Shown: one piece after another, positions 51,989 through 64,000 of the stretch
Position numbering within the stretch: position 1 is the stretch's first letter
How the letters are laid out: every line of letters begins with the position of its first letter
From: Takakia lepidozioides
Lineage: Eukaryota; Plantae; Bryophyta
NCBI GenBank assembly: GCA_030704615.1
Contig: CM060733.1
Location: 52,514,001 to 52,578,000, forward strand
Direction of reading: 5' to 3'
DNA: 64,000 bases
Made by a program: the position numbers and the translations under genes
Notes under the pieces: model-generated
Databases searched by the model: none
What the model was told of the DNA's origin: nothing
Seen by the model: the letters and a program-made list of their open reading frames with translations, nothing else

Positions 51989-53354
51989 CTTAGTTCTGTA
52001 GATCTCTCAACGCGTCTTATTCAAAGCAGTCGTCGAATTTGATGATGCTTCACGATCACCATGCCGTTAAGATAGTTCAACGCCGCTTTCAATATCCCGA
52101 AGAAAGTAAAGATGATCCTCACTGGCCTCTTGAATGGCCCACTGAGGCATCGATACTCAAACAAGGCTCACCCTCTGTTGACACTATGGAGTCCAGTTGC
52201 TTCTTCTTCTCTCTTTGACTCAACCTGCTGACAAGGATCATACCAAACACTTGGGCCACCAGTATTTCTGATCTGTGAGAATCCACCATGACACAACATC
52301 AGAACTCTGCGGAAAAGTAGTTACATGCAATGTTATCACTGTCGTCCTGCTTCCAGTACATCCCCTCTGTGATTTTAGACAAACGAACTTCATGTACTTG
52401 GTGAGAGAGATAGTTTGTCCACTGGTTTGTAGTAAAGCATACAACTCTGCATGCAGCCCACATAGCCCAGCAACCTCATATGTACACAAGAACAATATAT
52501 ACATCAACCTCAGAACCCAATAGCTTACTTTCTCCCACTCTTCTTTGAAGGTGGCGGTAGCTTAATTCAAGATTCAAAATATAAATAAACAACCGCCGCT
52601 AAATGACGGTAACTTCATTTTAAAATATATATTAAATAAGCGACCGCCAAACCGCCAAACGACGGTCGCTTAATTTAAGAATCACTTCGCCACCATAATC
52701 ATGTACATAGATGGATTGTTCCATCACATGTGCAATCAAGACTTTTCTGGCAACAAGAGGAATTTCAAATCGTCGAACAAAATGCACACAGAAAAGAAGC
52801 CTCTGATTGTTTCTGTGCAATCAATAATCACAGAGTGGGACAAGTCCTTCCCTTTACATTTACTTCTAAAGCTAACAGCCTCGTATCTTCCGAACAAGTG
52901 TGTATCAGAGATTAAAACTGAAACAGTTGTTTTGTGCAATTCTACTTTTACAATGTGATAACCATGTTGGTATCCGAAAATACACTCTGGCCTGGTCTGC
53001 CTTTCCTACCAGGAATTGTGGAATTGTTTGATTCACCCTGATGATGAGCACAACAATCACACATGCCTCTTGAGTGAAGGTCTGGGAGGGGGGAATAGTT
53101 GGGCCTCTTCCTCCCCTTCTTCCTACCCCTGCTGTTCACAAGCACAGTCAATATGATGAGAGGAGAGAGCACGATATGACTGGAACAGCTGGAAGTGTGT
53201 TGGCTGGACAGGATAGTAAGAGGAAGGGACAACTTGTGCCCTGTAAGGTAAAACGCAGAAAGTCATTGTCAGGGTGTTGATGGAGTCCTTGAAGCACAAC
53301 AGCATTTTCACCTTCAGACAGCACAGGCATGCTCCAGTGGCCTCGTCTTGGTCA

Positions 53355-56300
53355 TTAAGGTTTGGACCCTTTCACAGCTGCTTGGTTGCTTTGTGTTGTG
53401 CCAGGGCTGCCGTGGCTGAGTGACGGAGCACCACCATCAGACATTGTGGGAACCATGCCAACACGCTCAAATAGGCCATGAATTTTGTTTAGAAGAAGCG
53501 TCTGGGACGGGTCTTCCCCCCGCAAAAGCCGTACAAAATCTGGACCCTGCAACTTCTCAAATAGGAGACGCCTCTCTGACTCAGCTTCATCCAAACGCAG
53601 CTTCAAGTACCTTCAATGTGCACCACATGGATATGAGTATTACTCATCATCTAAGAGTGGAGTCAAATTAGAGAGTCTTGGCTTCCTTGACTTTGAGATG
53701 AGGAATCGGATCCTACGGCATTTTGGCAGCTGGGAGCAGGTACTGTCAAGTCCAACTAATGTATATGAATGATATCCTGCGTCTCTTTAGTGCAGAAAAC
53801 TCTTATCTGGTGCCCTGACACTTTCTCCAAGAAACAAAGAAAAGGGACAAGAGGTTCAGGAGCAGGAATCTTTGCACTGTGCGTGTAGGGTTTTGCATTG
53901 CACCTGCCGGCGTACTCTTCTTCCACTTTTTCAGCCTTGGCCGACACTATTCTTTGAAGCCCCTCTGCCTCTCGCCGGGCTTCATCAGACTTGAACTGGA
54001 ACATGTCAGCCTCCGCCTTCTTCAGCCGAACAATCGATTCCAGCTCCTCTATTTGTTGTTTCTTCCTTTGCCTGTCAAGCTGCCACAAACATGATACTAA
54101 CTCTCAATGCCAATGAGTTGCAACCCTCTTACCCTAACTACAGTCATTCCAACCTATAAGAATCACTTTAAAGTTTCTTGTCTACTAAGCATCTCACATG
54201 AGGTTAGGGCTCAATTCATGAGTGTGGCAGGTGATACTGGTCCATGAATTGTTGATAAACCCAACAGCAACGGAACTCAGTATTTCCTTTGAACTTTCAT
54301 TTTAGGCGCTCCAGAACTTTCCTTTCTTACTGCAGTAACTCCGCCGATTCAAGACTGGCAACAGAGAGAGACCAAATGTCCAGCTAGTTTCCCACAACAG
54401 TACAATGAGCTACTTAGGTGCCCTAAGCTGATGAACTTCTGTAAAAGCAGGTGCAAGGCAAAGGACTTTTTTGGATAAATAGACTCCAGGATTCATAAGT
54501 CCTCCTTATCAACTTCAACTGGCGCCTCATTAAATCCAATGCCTGAGGCCGCCCACCATCTGGAAAATGATGGGCTCCCTCCCAACTTGGTATTGCTTTA
54601 GGGAAACTACCACATGTTTTCTGTGAGAGGGTTGCCTTCACCTCTAATATACTCAAACCAATCACAAGGCTATAAAGTATTTTGAATGATACTTTACAAT
54701 ACAACAACAGGAGGTCCACACATCACAGCCTACTATTCAGCGAGGGAGGAAAGAAGTAACGGAAAGAGGGCCCACCAGAAAAAGTACAACAACTACAAGG
54801 AAAACCAAAACAACACTCACATAACACCAAATGTAGCAGAGACGGAGTGCCTTATGCAGGTAAGATGCTAAAGAGAAAGGAAGAAAGAAATTCATAACGA
54901 TCGTGGAGGCCCATAGGGCCCTAGTACAACAACACAGAGGAACCACACATGTAGGTAGGTAGGCAGAGAGAATGGAGTCACAAGACGTTTTCTTTAGCCT
55001 GATGGGTAGACAGACAGACAGACAGACATCACTCCTTCACTGACCTGTAATTCAGCCAGCTCTCTTTTCTTGTCCTCAACCTCTCGATTAGACACCTCAA
55101 GCGCAAGGCGTGCCTTCTTTAGCTGAACAGCCTTTTCTTCAGCCACACTCTCCATCTTCGCCACAGCTTCTTGCACTACATCCACCATTCGATCACAAGC
55201 TTCCTTCCTATCCAAGGGTTTTCCCTCATCCGCTTCCCCATCATTCTTATCATCGGCGTCATATTCTGCAGCAGGAGAAGAAGGGTATAAGGCTCAAGTG
55301 ATAAAGTGACGATGAGTAAATGGAATCTCCAATGAAGAGGATAAACAATTTTAAGCAAAGCTTGTGAGCATACATCCTGAATCCAGTCCAAAGAGGAGAG
55401 TGACAATAGGTGAACAGAGGGGAGAGGCGTGCTTCAATGTAAAACGTAACAGGAAAAACCACAAACTACTGATCCAGTGGCTAATATGGGCTTATTGACT
55501 CATCTAATCTAACATAATATATAGAACAAGGACAAACCTTGAAAGAAGTACTGAATCTCTTTAAATGCAGTGCTGGCATCAATCCCATTCTTCAACTTGT
55601 CAAGAAGCTCCTCACACTTCCAGTACAACTGCTTCCCAGAGGTGTCATCACTCCCACGGAATATACGACGAACACAATCGAGCTCTCTAACAAGAGCATC
55701 CCTATCCCAGAGAGGGGCACACATTTTGAAAACATCCTTGACCCATCCCAAGAGCTCTGAAACATGTCCACAGGCTCTACATCTGAAAACTATTTCAGGA
55801 GAAGTCCCCTGGCGCACACCCCCTGCCTTCAGGCTGACTCCCATGGAGATTTGCCCCCCCCTTATTGCACAATCTGAATGAGTCCAATGGAGACAAACGT
55901 CACAGCCAACCCAGCGGCAAGTGTTGGCATCAAAATCAAACTTGCTACATGCCATGCACATGCAAGCATTGCAGAAGCCACTTGTGGTCCGACAGATGTC
56001 GCACGTGCATTCATCAGCTGGGAGCTGGCTTTGGCAGGCCATGTTGCGACAACGCTTGTGGAAGAAGATCTCAACGAGCGCTGTTTGAGTCACACTGATA
56101 TCGGGATGGAGGAATGCCAGGATCCCTGTCCTCAGAGCTACAAAGATTTCCAGCTGTGTCCGGTGGGTGCGCAGTAGACCCTCAGGGGACAGGTCCCTCC
56201 GGACTTGCAGAAGCTTCTGAAGTAGTGCAAATTCCTCTCTCCGTTGCATGCTCCCTAGAATATCCCTCAGATCTGCCTGCCAGCATTTATCAAGGATAGA

Positions 56301-59300
56301 CCATGTTAAACTCTCCTCCTCCTCCATAAGCTGTCTCTGTCTGTGTCTACAGGCTAATGCAAATCAATAGTGAGCAGTTTGTTCTAATGCATCAGCATTC
56401 ACAGGCTAGATCCAGGAATAGAATCCAGCAATGTCTGTTGGTTGCCATGACTAGCCCTTATAGTAAGCCATCATCAATCTTCTAACTGGAGAAAATGTTG
56501 CTCATCAACATTATGCATTTAACTATTTCAGGATGACTAAAGCCAGGGTCAGAAGCCCATGAAGCTATTGTCAAGATTCTTTCCCCCTTTCCTTTCTCCG
56601 AGGTATGCTCTCTGGGCCCCCTGTGGATGTTATAAATGTTTCTGGTTTCTGTTCTCTCTCTTGGGCCCTTTGGGCCTCCTGTGCATGAATGTAGTAAGAT
56701 TACCATTCCTTAGCAGAGGCCGTCAGCTTAAAAGATCTGAAGTGCCTTGCAGCCTACCTGCTTGAGGCCCATCCATCTTAGGGCATCACTTGATGTATCA
56801 TGAAATGGTCATTTCCATGTTCTACCCTGTCCCATGCGCCCGTGTGCATGTTATAGAATTACTTTCTTTCTCACCTACCTTTCTCACCTACCCTATTCTA
56901 CATAGATGCTCTGGAAGGATACACTGCGAAGAACAATGGAGTGGGGTTCATTTGGATGGGGGACCAACACAATCGGTACTTCTTTATGCCGACATTGTCA
57001 ACCTCCACAAGGACACCTTTGCATCCTAGAAGGTCAACCTCAACAAAACTAAAATCAAGGTTTTCAATGGCCATGCTGATCAGAGATTCCTCCTCAACCA
57101 GCAAGAGATTGTACTCATAAGACGTTGTTTGCCGTAGCCTTGTGGCCATTGACCCCGCGCCCAGTTTGAGCGGGAACAAAAGGGACAGAACCTACCTCTG
57201 TCAGGGGCTGACGTTGGTAGTAAGACTTACCTCCATATAAAGAATTAATCCGGGTTTTCCAGATATCCTCTAGAAATCCCTTCACACAAGCATCAATCTG
57301 CTGTGTGTGATTTGCCCAAAAACTAGGCCTCAGGAGGGCCTGGGCTTTTGGCTCAGCCTCGAGACTTTCAAAGTTGGTAAACAGGGGTACAGGCACAATT
57401 CCCTTAATAGATTTGAAGAGAGCGTCTCTTTGGTGAGAGAACCCCGGACAGTGTATCAGAAAATGAATACTGTCTTCAGATTGCCCACACAACGGGAATT
57501 GCACTCTCCCTTTCCTCTCTGCTTCTGTTTGCTGTTCAAAGGTAGGCTTCCTGCCCTGAGTTTAAATTTCAGTCTAGTGCCGAGAGTGGGTAGACCCTTG
57601 AGGTCATCCAAGATGTCCTCCCCCATGTCACAGACTGGAAACAAGTTCAGGGTCAACCAGCAAGAGATTGAGGTCGTGAATACCTGGGTCTGGTTATCCA
57701 CCCACCCAAATTTCAGACCGCATCAACTGCTATGGAGAGATTGACGAAGGCATGGCTGCCTCCATACGTCTTCAGGCTAAATGCAAACAAATATACCTGC
57801 GCCAGCCCCCACCAAAAAGTGGCTCTTCAACTCAGTTTCACCCCTGCCGCCACTTACCGCTGAGTTTGGGTCACTAGTGTCCCAGTTCCCTGGTGGGAGC
57901 GAAACCTGGAACCTCTGTAATCGTCTTTCCTCCAAGGAATGCTTGGGGCAGCACTGTCACAGATTTTAGATGCGGAATTAGCGTCTGTACTGCTTCAAAC
58001 CGAGGCCATCTTCCGACTTACAATCTAAGCCCTTCCACCCATATGGCTAACAGCCCGGGCCCTCACAAACTCTAGCAGACTAAAAGACGCTGCTTTCAAG
58101 ACCTGGTTTGATTGGGTCTCTAATATTTTGAGCACCGCAGACTCTCTCTTGCTTTCCCACTGGCACAAATATAGAAACCACCCTATCCTACGAGAAAACT
58201 GTAATTCTCTCAGGGGACATTCTTGGCCCTCCATGACGACGGAATCTTAAGGCCCAATTACCTCTCTGCAGCTCTATCTCCCTCTCTTATAAGGTTGAAA
58301 ATGAAGTTAGGCATAAAACTTCCCTGAACTTGTTCCAGTCTGTGACATGGGCAAGGACCTTAAGGATGATCTGAAGGGCCTACCTACCCTTGGCACTATT
58401 AAACTCAGGGCGGGGAGCCCACCTTTGAACAATAAACAGATGCAGAGAGGAAAAGGAGATTGTAATTGCCCGATGTACAGGCAACCTGAAGACAATATCC
58501 ATTTGATACATTGTCCAGGGTATTCTCACCAGAGAGTGACCCTATTCAGGAACATCAAGAACATGCTTCCTACACCTCTGTACCAAGTTTCAAAATCTCG
58601 AGGCTCAGCCTAAAGCCCTCGCCTGTTGAGGTCTAACTTTGAGCTGCTCACACACAACAGATTGATGCTTGTGTGAAGGGCTTTCTAGAGGATATCTGGA
58701 AAGCCCGAACTAATTGTTTCATCAAGGTAAGTCACACTACTGCAGTGAGCCCCTCACATAGGTAGTGCCTATTCCCTATGTTTCCGTCCAAACTGGGCAC
58801 GTGGGGCTATGGCCACAAGGCTATGGCAAACAAAGTCTTCTGAGTACTTGGGGGTCCTCATGTTGCAGGTTGTCCCACCTACCAGTCTCTATCGGCAGAG
58901 TGTGGGAGTCCACCCCCTGTGCCTTTGTCTTGGCTTCGTCCTCCAGTTTCTTGATCTCAACTTTAGCACGCCCCATCCCGACCCATCCACTCTTCTAAAT
59001 CCTGAGTTGCTACAGATGGATGGTGGATGGAGCATCCACCATGAAAAAGTGTCAAATAGGTGGCAAGCATTGAAGAACATTCCTTCTTTCACGGTCCTTT
59101 ATATTATGAGATCCGTGGGAGATTCTATTGTCTATTTCGAGATACCCAATCTCTCACAGAGGCCTTCCATTACAAGGATCAGAAATGCATAGTTGCATAT
59201 CTGCATAACGCATTCACTCTTAGACAAACCCTTGAGCAATACTTGTTTTTAAGCTGCTTGTGGAGGGCCCCTCTCTCTTTCTTGTTTCATGCATTCTGTT

Positions 59301-60677
59301 GTCCCATAAACTCTTTCAGCTTTCCACAGCTATAGCATCCCGTGCATAATGGTAACTCTAAAATTAACATTTTAGACACCCTTGAGTCTCATTGAAACTG
59401 AAAAAAAGAATATGATTACTAACAAGGTTAAATACATCATTTTTGCAAACCATAGGGAATTGCAAGAACAGCTGGACATAATCAATAAACTCCTCTGTAG
59501 ATTGGAGTGACAATGGATCATTTGGAAATGTACGAGGATGAACGTGTGACAACATCATCATCAAGAGTTGGAGGTGCTATGATCATGAGAGGTCCTTGGT
59601 TCAGTAGTTCAGCCTTGTTTGTGGGAGTGAAGAGATATCCTAAGGCTCCCTTGTAAATTTGACACCAGACTAGAGGATGGTCACATGGTCAAATCACATT
59701 GTTAAAGGCTGTCAGTAAATTAATTTGCTGGTACTGAATAGCATCCTTTGACCAGCTCGAAGCATAGGTCCACTGTATGAGGGATGAGAGAATTTCCAAG
59801 TGTAGAAAGCTCCCAAGGCCTACAGGATTTGTGCACTCAGACTATCAGGGCAGTGGCTTTGTTTCACTATTTCTATTGGTTCTGTTTTGTTCCGTCCCGT
59901 GGGCCCTTCGGACCTCCTGCCGAAAGAATAATCCTCTTTTTTTCATTCTCCCACGCACATGCAGGAAATTGCGCAGACTTAGAAATCTTGGTCATTGACC
60001 GGTGTGGTCTCCACTATCAATGGGCGGATCCACAAAGTACCAAGACTCGCACTGATCAATAAAATGAAACAGAGATATGTCTACAAACAACATACATAAT
60101 GGCCGTACCTTCAATTCGTCCAGGAATTCGTCCGGCTGCTCACGCATGCGCTGTGCTGTAGCGTCCAGTCCCTCTCGCACTACATCTCGCAGCTGGAGTC
60201 GATCCAAATTATTCACCCGGTGGACCACAGTTTGCTCCTCTTCTTCCTCCTCTTCTTCGGGAGGACCCCGTCCCGCTGTCATGTCTTGCTGTGACATATT
60301 TTGCTGTGGCGTGCGCAAAACCCGATTTCACGTCAAAACAGAAAACGAAAAACTTGCTCTAAGGACATCAAAACTACAAATCACATTGAAATCTAACATC
60401 CTTCAAAAGCCACATTGCCCATTTCAGCAGCTCTGCCAATTATAAAGGTCTTAACTCCAACATTCCATAATCTTCCCTCTCTAATGTACTCCACGGAGGG
60501 AAAACCCTCGCCGATTTCATAAACAACACTTCTTACAGTTGGCCATGTCTCCCGCGAACTCGCACTTTCTGACGGAGACGCCCGCCGCATGACGGCAGGG
60601 GTACTTCTCCTCGCAGGATCAGGCCCTGCGCGCCCGTCTGAGGATGCCAGAGATAGCGAGGTTTGCGGATGCGACAT
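53355..60677 (-). CDS. OBE: OBERON-like PHD-finger and coiled-coil protein (exons 60677-60537, 60303-60109, 56276-55538, 55265-55045, 54079-53904, 53610-53355)
   Basis: QTSLSLASSD..SPSESASSRETWPT, HRTQLEIFVALRTG, RCRNMACQSQLP, CRWVGCDVCLHWTH, VRLKKAEADMFQ, YLKLRLDEAE. All GT-AG junctions are in phase; an upstream exon is possible. Confidence 0.93.
57105..58230 (-). mobile_element. LINE ORF2 3' fragment in an OBERON intron
   Basis: LEAVQ..., RLKFKLRAGSLPLN, and a C-terminal zinc motif (C)PLCGQSEDSIHFLIHCP. Confidence 0.7.
58315..58846 (+). mobile_element. Second copy of the same LINE 3' end, in inverted orientation
   Basis: MGKDLKDDLKGLPTLGTIKLRAGSPPLN..CNCPMYRQPEDNIHLIHCPG is the reverse-complement homologue of ~57110-57655. 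Confidence 0.8.
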
Positions 60678-61424
60678 GGCGAGGGTTGCAAACACCTGCC
60701 ATGAAACACAAGCTCAGAGAAACACCAAGAGTATGTATGTACGAAGAAGAAGACGAAGAAGAACGAAGACTGATCAGATTACTGATTACTTAGTCTAAAC
60801 TAAGTTTATTACTTACCTTAAACTTTATTTGACTCCACGTCAATAATCAGAAGTCCAATCCTCATTTTAGACTATTTGACAGTAAGTGTTTTTGCTATTT
60901 ATTAAAACTTAGGACCGCTTCCGTCACGGTTCGGTGTGTGTGTGTGTGCCTCATGGCTGCCTTGGGGCTTGTAAGGGTTTTAATTTTTTTTCCCTTCAAT
61001 AAAAGGGCCCTCTAAGGAAGCCATGGAAGCCCCTTAGGAAGCTCTTTACCCCTCCAGAAAAACAAAAAATGGACCGCTGTTTCACGTTTATTTTTGAAAA
61101 AAAAACAAAGAGTGCCGGAGATCAACAGATGGAGGATCTCCTAACTTGTGGGTTTCTCCTCTAGATGTGGACGAAGACATCAACTCTAGGCACCCTAAAA
61201 ATTGCAATCTTGGCTCTGTTTGTTGGGGCATTGTGTTTCTGCTATACCTGGCCTAGTGGAGATCGTCTTGTTATTTACACAGTTTTTTTTTAAATAAAAT
61301 AAAAAAGGGGATGGAAGCCTTGAAACTTTATAGCAGGGACAAAAGCCCGAAGAGTACATAGAGGAAAAAATAACCTCTAACGAGGGTGCCATAGAGGCTG
61401 ATCCAGGAAAGCAACGCTTCGAAA

Positions 61425-61610
61425 CCAAAGGCCTAAGACAAAGAGTGTAGAAAAGCAGAGAGCAGAATTCTGGGGAGGAAAGCATTAAGGGGCATCAAAA
61501 CTGAGCAGCAGAATGTCTCGGAGCCAAAGGCCCAAGACAAAGAGTGTAGAAAAGCAGAGAGCAGTAATCAGGGGGGAAGCAATAAGGGGCATCAAAACTG
61601 AGCAGCAGAA
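61425..61610 (+). repeat. Two-copy ~100-bp direct tandem repeat
   Basis: ccaaaggcc.aagacaaagagtgtagaaaagcagagagcag...aggggcatcaaaactgagcagcagaa occurs twice. Confidence 0.85.
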
Positions 61611-64000
61611 GGCCGCGTAACTAGAAAACAGATCTAATCTGAAGCACATAAGAACGAGGCCAAGCAGCAAATCGCCACCCAACTAGTAACTCCCACGCTT
61701 TCTTTTCTGAGGCTCGTAAGCTTTTGCTACTGTTGCTAGGATGTTTTCCTTTGTTGTCCTGTGTGACAATTGGGTGGTTGTCCCCTTGATTGTTCAAACT
61801 TTCATGGCTTCTAGAGGTTATTTTTTTCCTTGTTTTTGTTTTTGGTGGTAAGTGAACAGGGGACAGAGGCCCTGATTAATTTTATTGTAGAATAAAGAGG
61901 AGACTACACATCAGTGTCAAAAATGGCTAAGCCCCTGTTTACCTTCCCAAGGTGTCACCTCCTCTCCTTTGTTGAGAAACCTACTCCCAAGGTGTTGCCT
62001 CCCTCATGTAACATCTCTCTTATTCAACAATTTCTGAAGAAAAAATAGATGAATTTTTAGGTGTATTATGGATGAAAGTAGATTTCGTTATTCACAAAGA
62101 GGAGCCATACGCAACTAGCCGCTTGTTTATAATTATTGTGGGGAAAAAAACTTGTTTTTCAATGCAATGTGGGCTCTGTTCCCTCTTGAAAAAATAGTCG
62201 CTCCTAGGTGTTTCCCTTAAATATATATATATATACTAATAATAAAAAATAAGTAAGAAGTCTTACTGAATAGGCCAATGTCACACGTTGATTCACATTA
62301 TCAATAGACATATTAGCCGGCCAGGCGAAGTTGGTCAATGCCAATATATCTGCAGTATTGTAATAATATGAAATTTGGACTATTAGTTTATGGTCAATGG
62401 TGTGGGGTCAATGATAGGCCGGTCAAAGTTTGGTCCCAAGAGAAAAGTCTTTTACCCCATGGTTTCCTAATATGCTTAAGTATGGTATTATTAGTTTTTG
62501 AACTTTCTGCAGGTTGATTTGGACATAAGCAATAATTTGATTAATTTCATGCTGGCAGGACATATATATATACACACACACATATATAAGCAACAACAAC
62601 AAGAACAAATTTTTAAAATGAACGAATGAATAGTTGTAAGGTGGATATCCTTAAAGGAGGCAGTAATATCAAGAGATGGTAGTTGGAAGTGATGTTGTAC
62701 GGCAATGAGGTTGCGAGTGTGGATGCCGCCTCTAGAGCTAGCGTTGATAAGAGTGATCGAGGTCCTCTTTGCCATCAATGCGGGAGCGCTTTCAGGTTTA
62801 CTGAATTCTGTGCTTGATTGATATTGTAGAGACGTAGAGACTCTTCCGAAAGATTAAGGGAACTCCACATTGCATATGTCGCTTTATGTTGTGGCCTTTG
62901 TGTTTGTTTCTGAACACTCTAACATGCCATTTTGTTTTGCAGATTGTGCTTCATGCTGCTATTGGCATGGCACATGTTGTAGTCCAGTCTGTTGGGATCA
63001 ATGACAGTTACTTAGTGGGGGGACAAGCCCTCTACTCATTTTTCAGAATCATGTAGCCGTGTGTTATTGGATTCCATTTTGGGAGCCTTAGAGTACCCCC
63101 AACGTAGGTACGCTCTGTCATTTCCACTAAGGGAAGTCACTCGGCATGAATTCCAAACTGTGTACGATAAAACATAGGGTTCAACAAACTCTTGAAATAT
63201 AAAAACTCTAAAAGATTTAATTTTAACGAAGGGTTGTGGTATTATGAAAATTACATTTATAAAAAAAATATGGGTACTTCTTTGTCTTTGTGTTACAATT
63301 TTCTTAAAAAGAATATATGGGAAGAAGAACAAAAAATGGGGGTTGTGGAGCTAGGATTTCCTTCACCATTATGATCCCTCTGGGTGGATGAACGTAAGTG
63401 GTGACTATGGATGAAGCATGAGCTAGATGAAGGTATGAGGGAGGTGGCGATATTCAGGCCATATTCGCCTGAATAAAATTTATGTATTTTGTTGTTTCAT
63501 GTGCATGTGCTGCTACTGTTTTTTCCCCCTCCAAATTGAACTTTATGTAATACTTTAAAGTAAATTTGGGTGCTAATAAGTGAATCTCGTATTTTTGATA
63601 ATGCAAAATAGGGTGTCTACAAAAAACCCGTATTACAAAATTATGTAATGCAAGGGTCCAAAAAAAAAAAAAAAACCCAAACAATATCCCCCAACTCTAC
63701 ACCCTTTGTGCATATGGTAACAAAATATTACAATGAGTGATCTCTCCGGGCATTTCCAATGTCATCCTGCCGGGCCGTTTCCCGGATCGGGACCCACCGC
63801 ACCTGCCAACGCTATATTTTTAGCGGAGAGAGACCTACGCCAAGGTCAGGGTACGCCATATTTTACATATTTGGCATACCTCGCCAAACCTTCGCCAAGC
63901 GTGCACGTGCACGCCCAAGCACTCGGGAGCAAGTCTGGTACATGCACGTCGCGCAAAGGTATCGAAGAAGGCGCGCTCTTGCTTTCAATTTCAAATTTGG

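Noticed and set aside
52550-52694. Small accgcc/ggcggt inverted-repeat patch between the convergent F-box and OBERON genes
   Set aside because: Possibly a MITE relic, but no clear TIR/TSD pair was found.

Overview
This is eukaryotic land-plant DNA, probably from a non-seed plant such as a moss (an inference, not provable from this window). It is gene-poor and dense in transposons. Apparently intact host genes: a 6-exon OBERON-like PHD gene (-), a 2-exon F-box/kelch-type gene whose first exon resembles the LEAFY SAM domain (+), and a GLUTAMINE DUMPER-like membrane protein (-). Disrupted genes: a BAHD acyltransferase 5' end, a G-type lectin S-domain receptor kinase plus a partial duplicate, and a RimM-PRC/OSB-PDF-like remnant. 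The standout is a ~13 kb decayed DNA transposon (~21.6-34.8 kb). It carries a Mutator-type DDE/SWIM transposase (-) and a divergent, intron-containing gene (+) for a ParB/Srx-like (DGNHR) domain joined to a beta-class N6A/N4C DNA-methyltransferase-like domain. It also holds two clusters of a 22-bp palindrome (AACCTTGCGT-NN-ACGCAAGGTT) that may be parS-like sites. A 2.65 kb TGT..ACA element with a 4-bp TSD splits the transposase. Other mobile DNA: a DIRS-type retroelement (gag, RT, RNase H, MT), Copia fragments, LINE 3' ends, head-to-tail Helitron arrays, and several hAT and Mutator MITEs with TSDs. All domain calls come from reading motifs by eye; no database searches were run.
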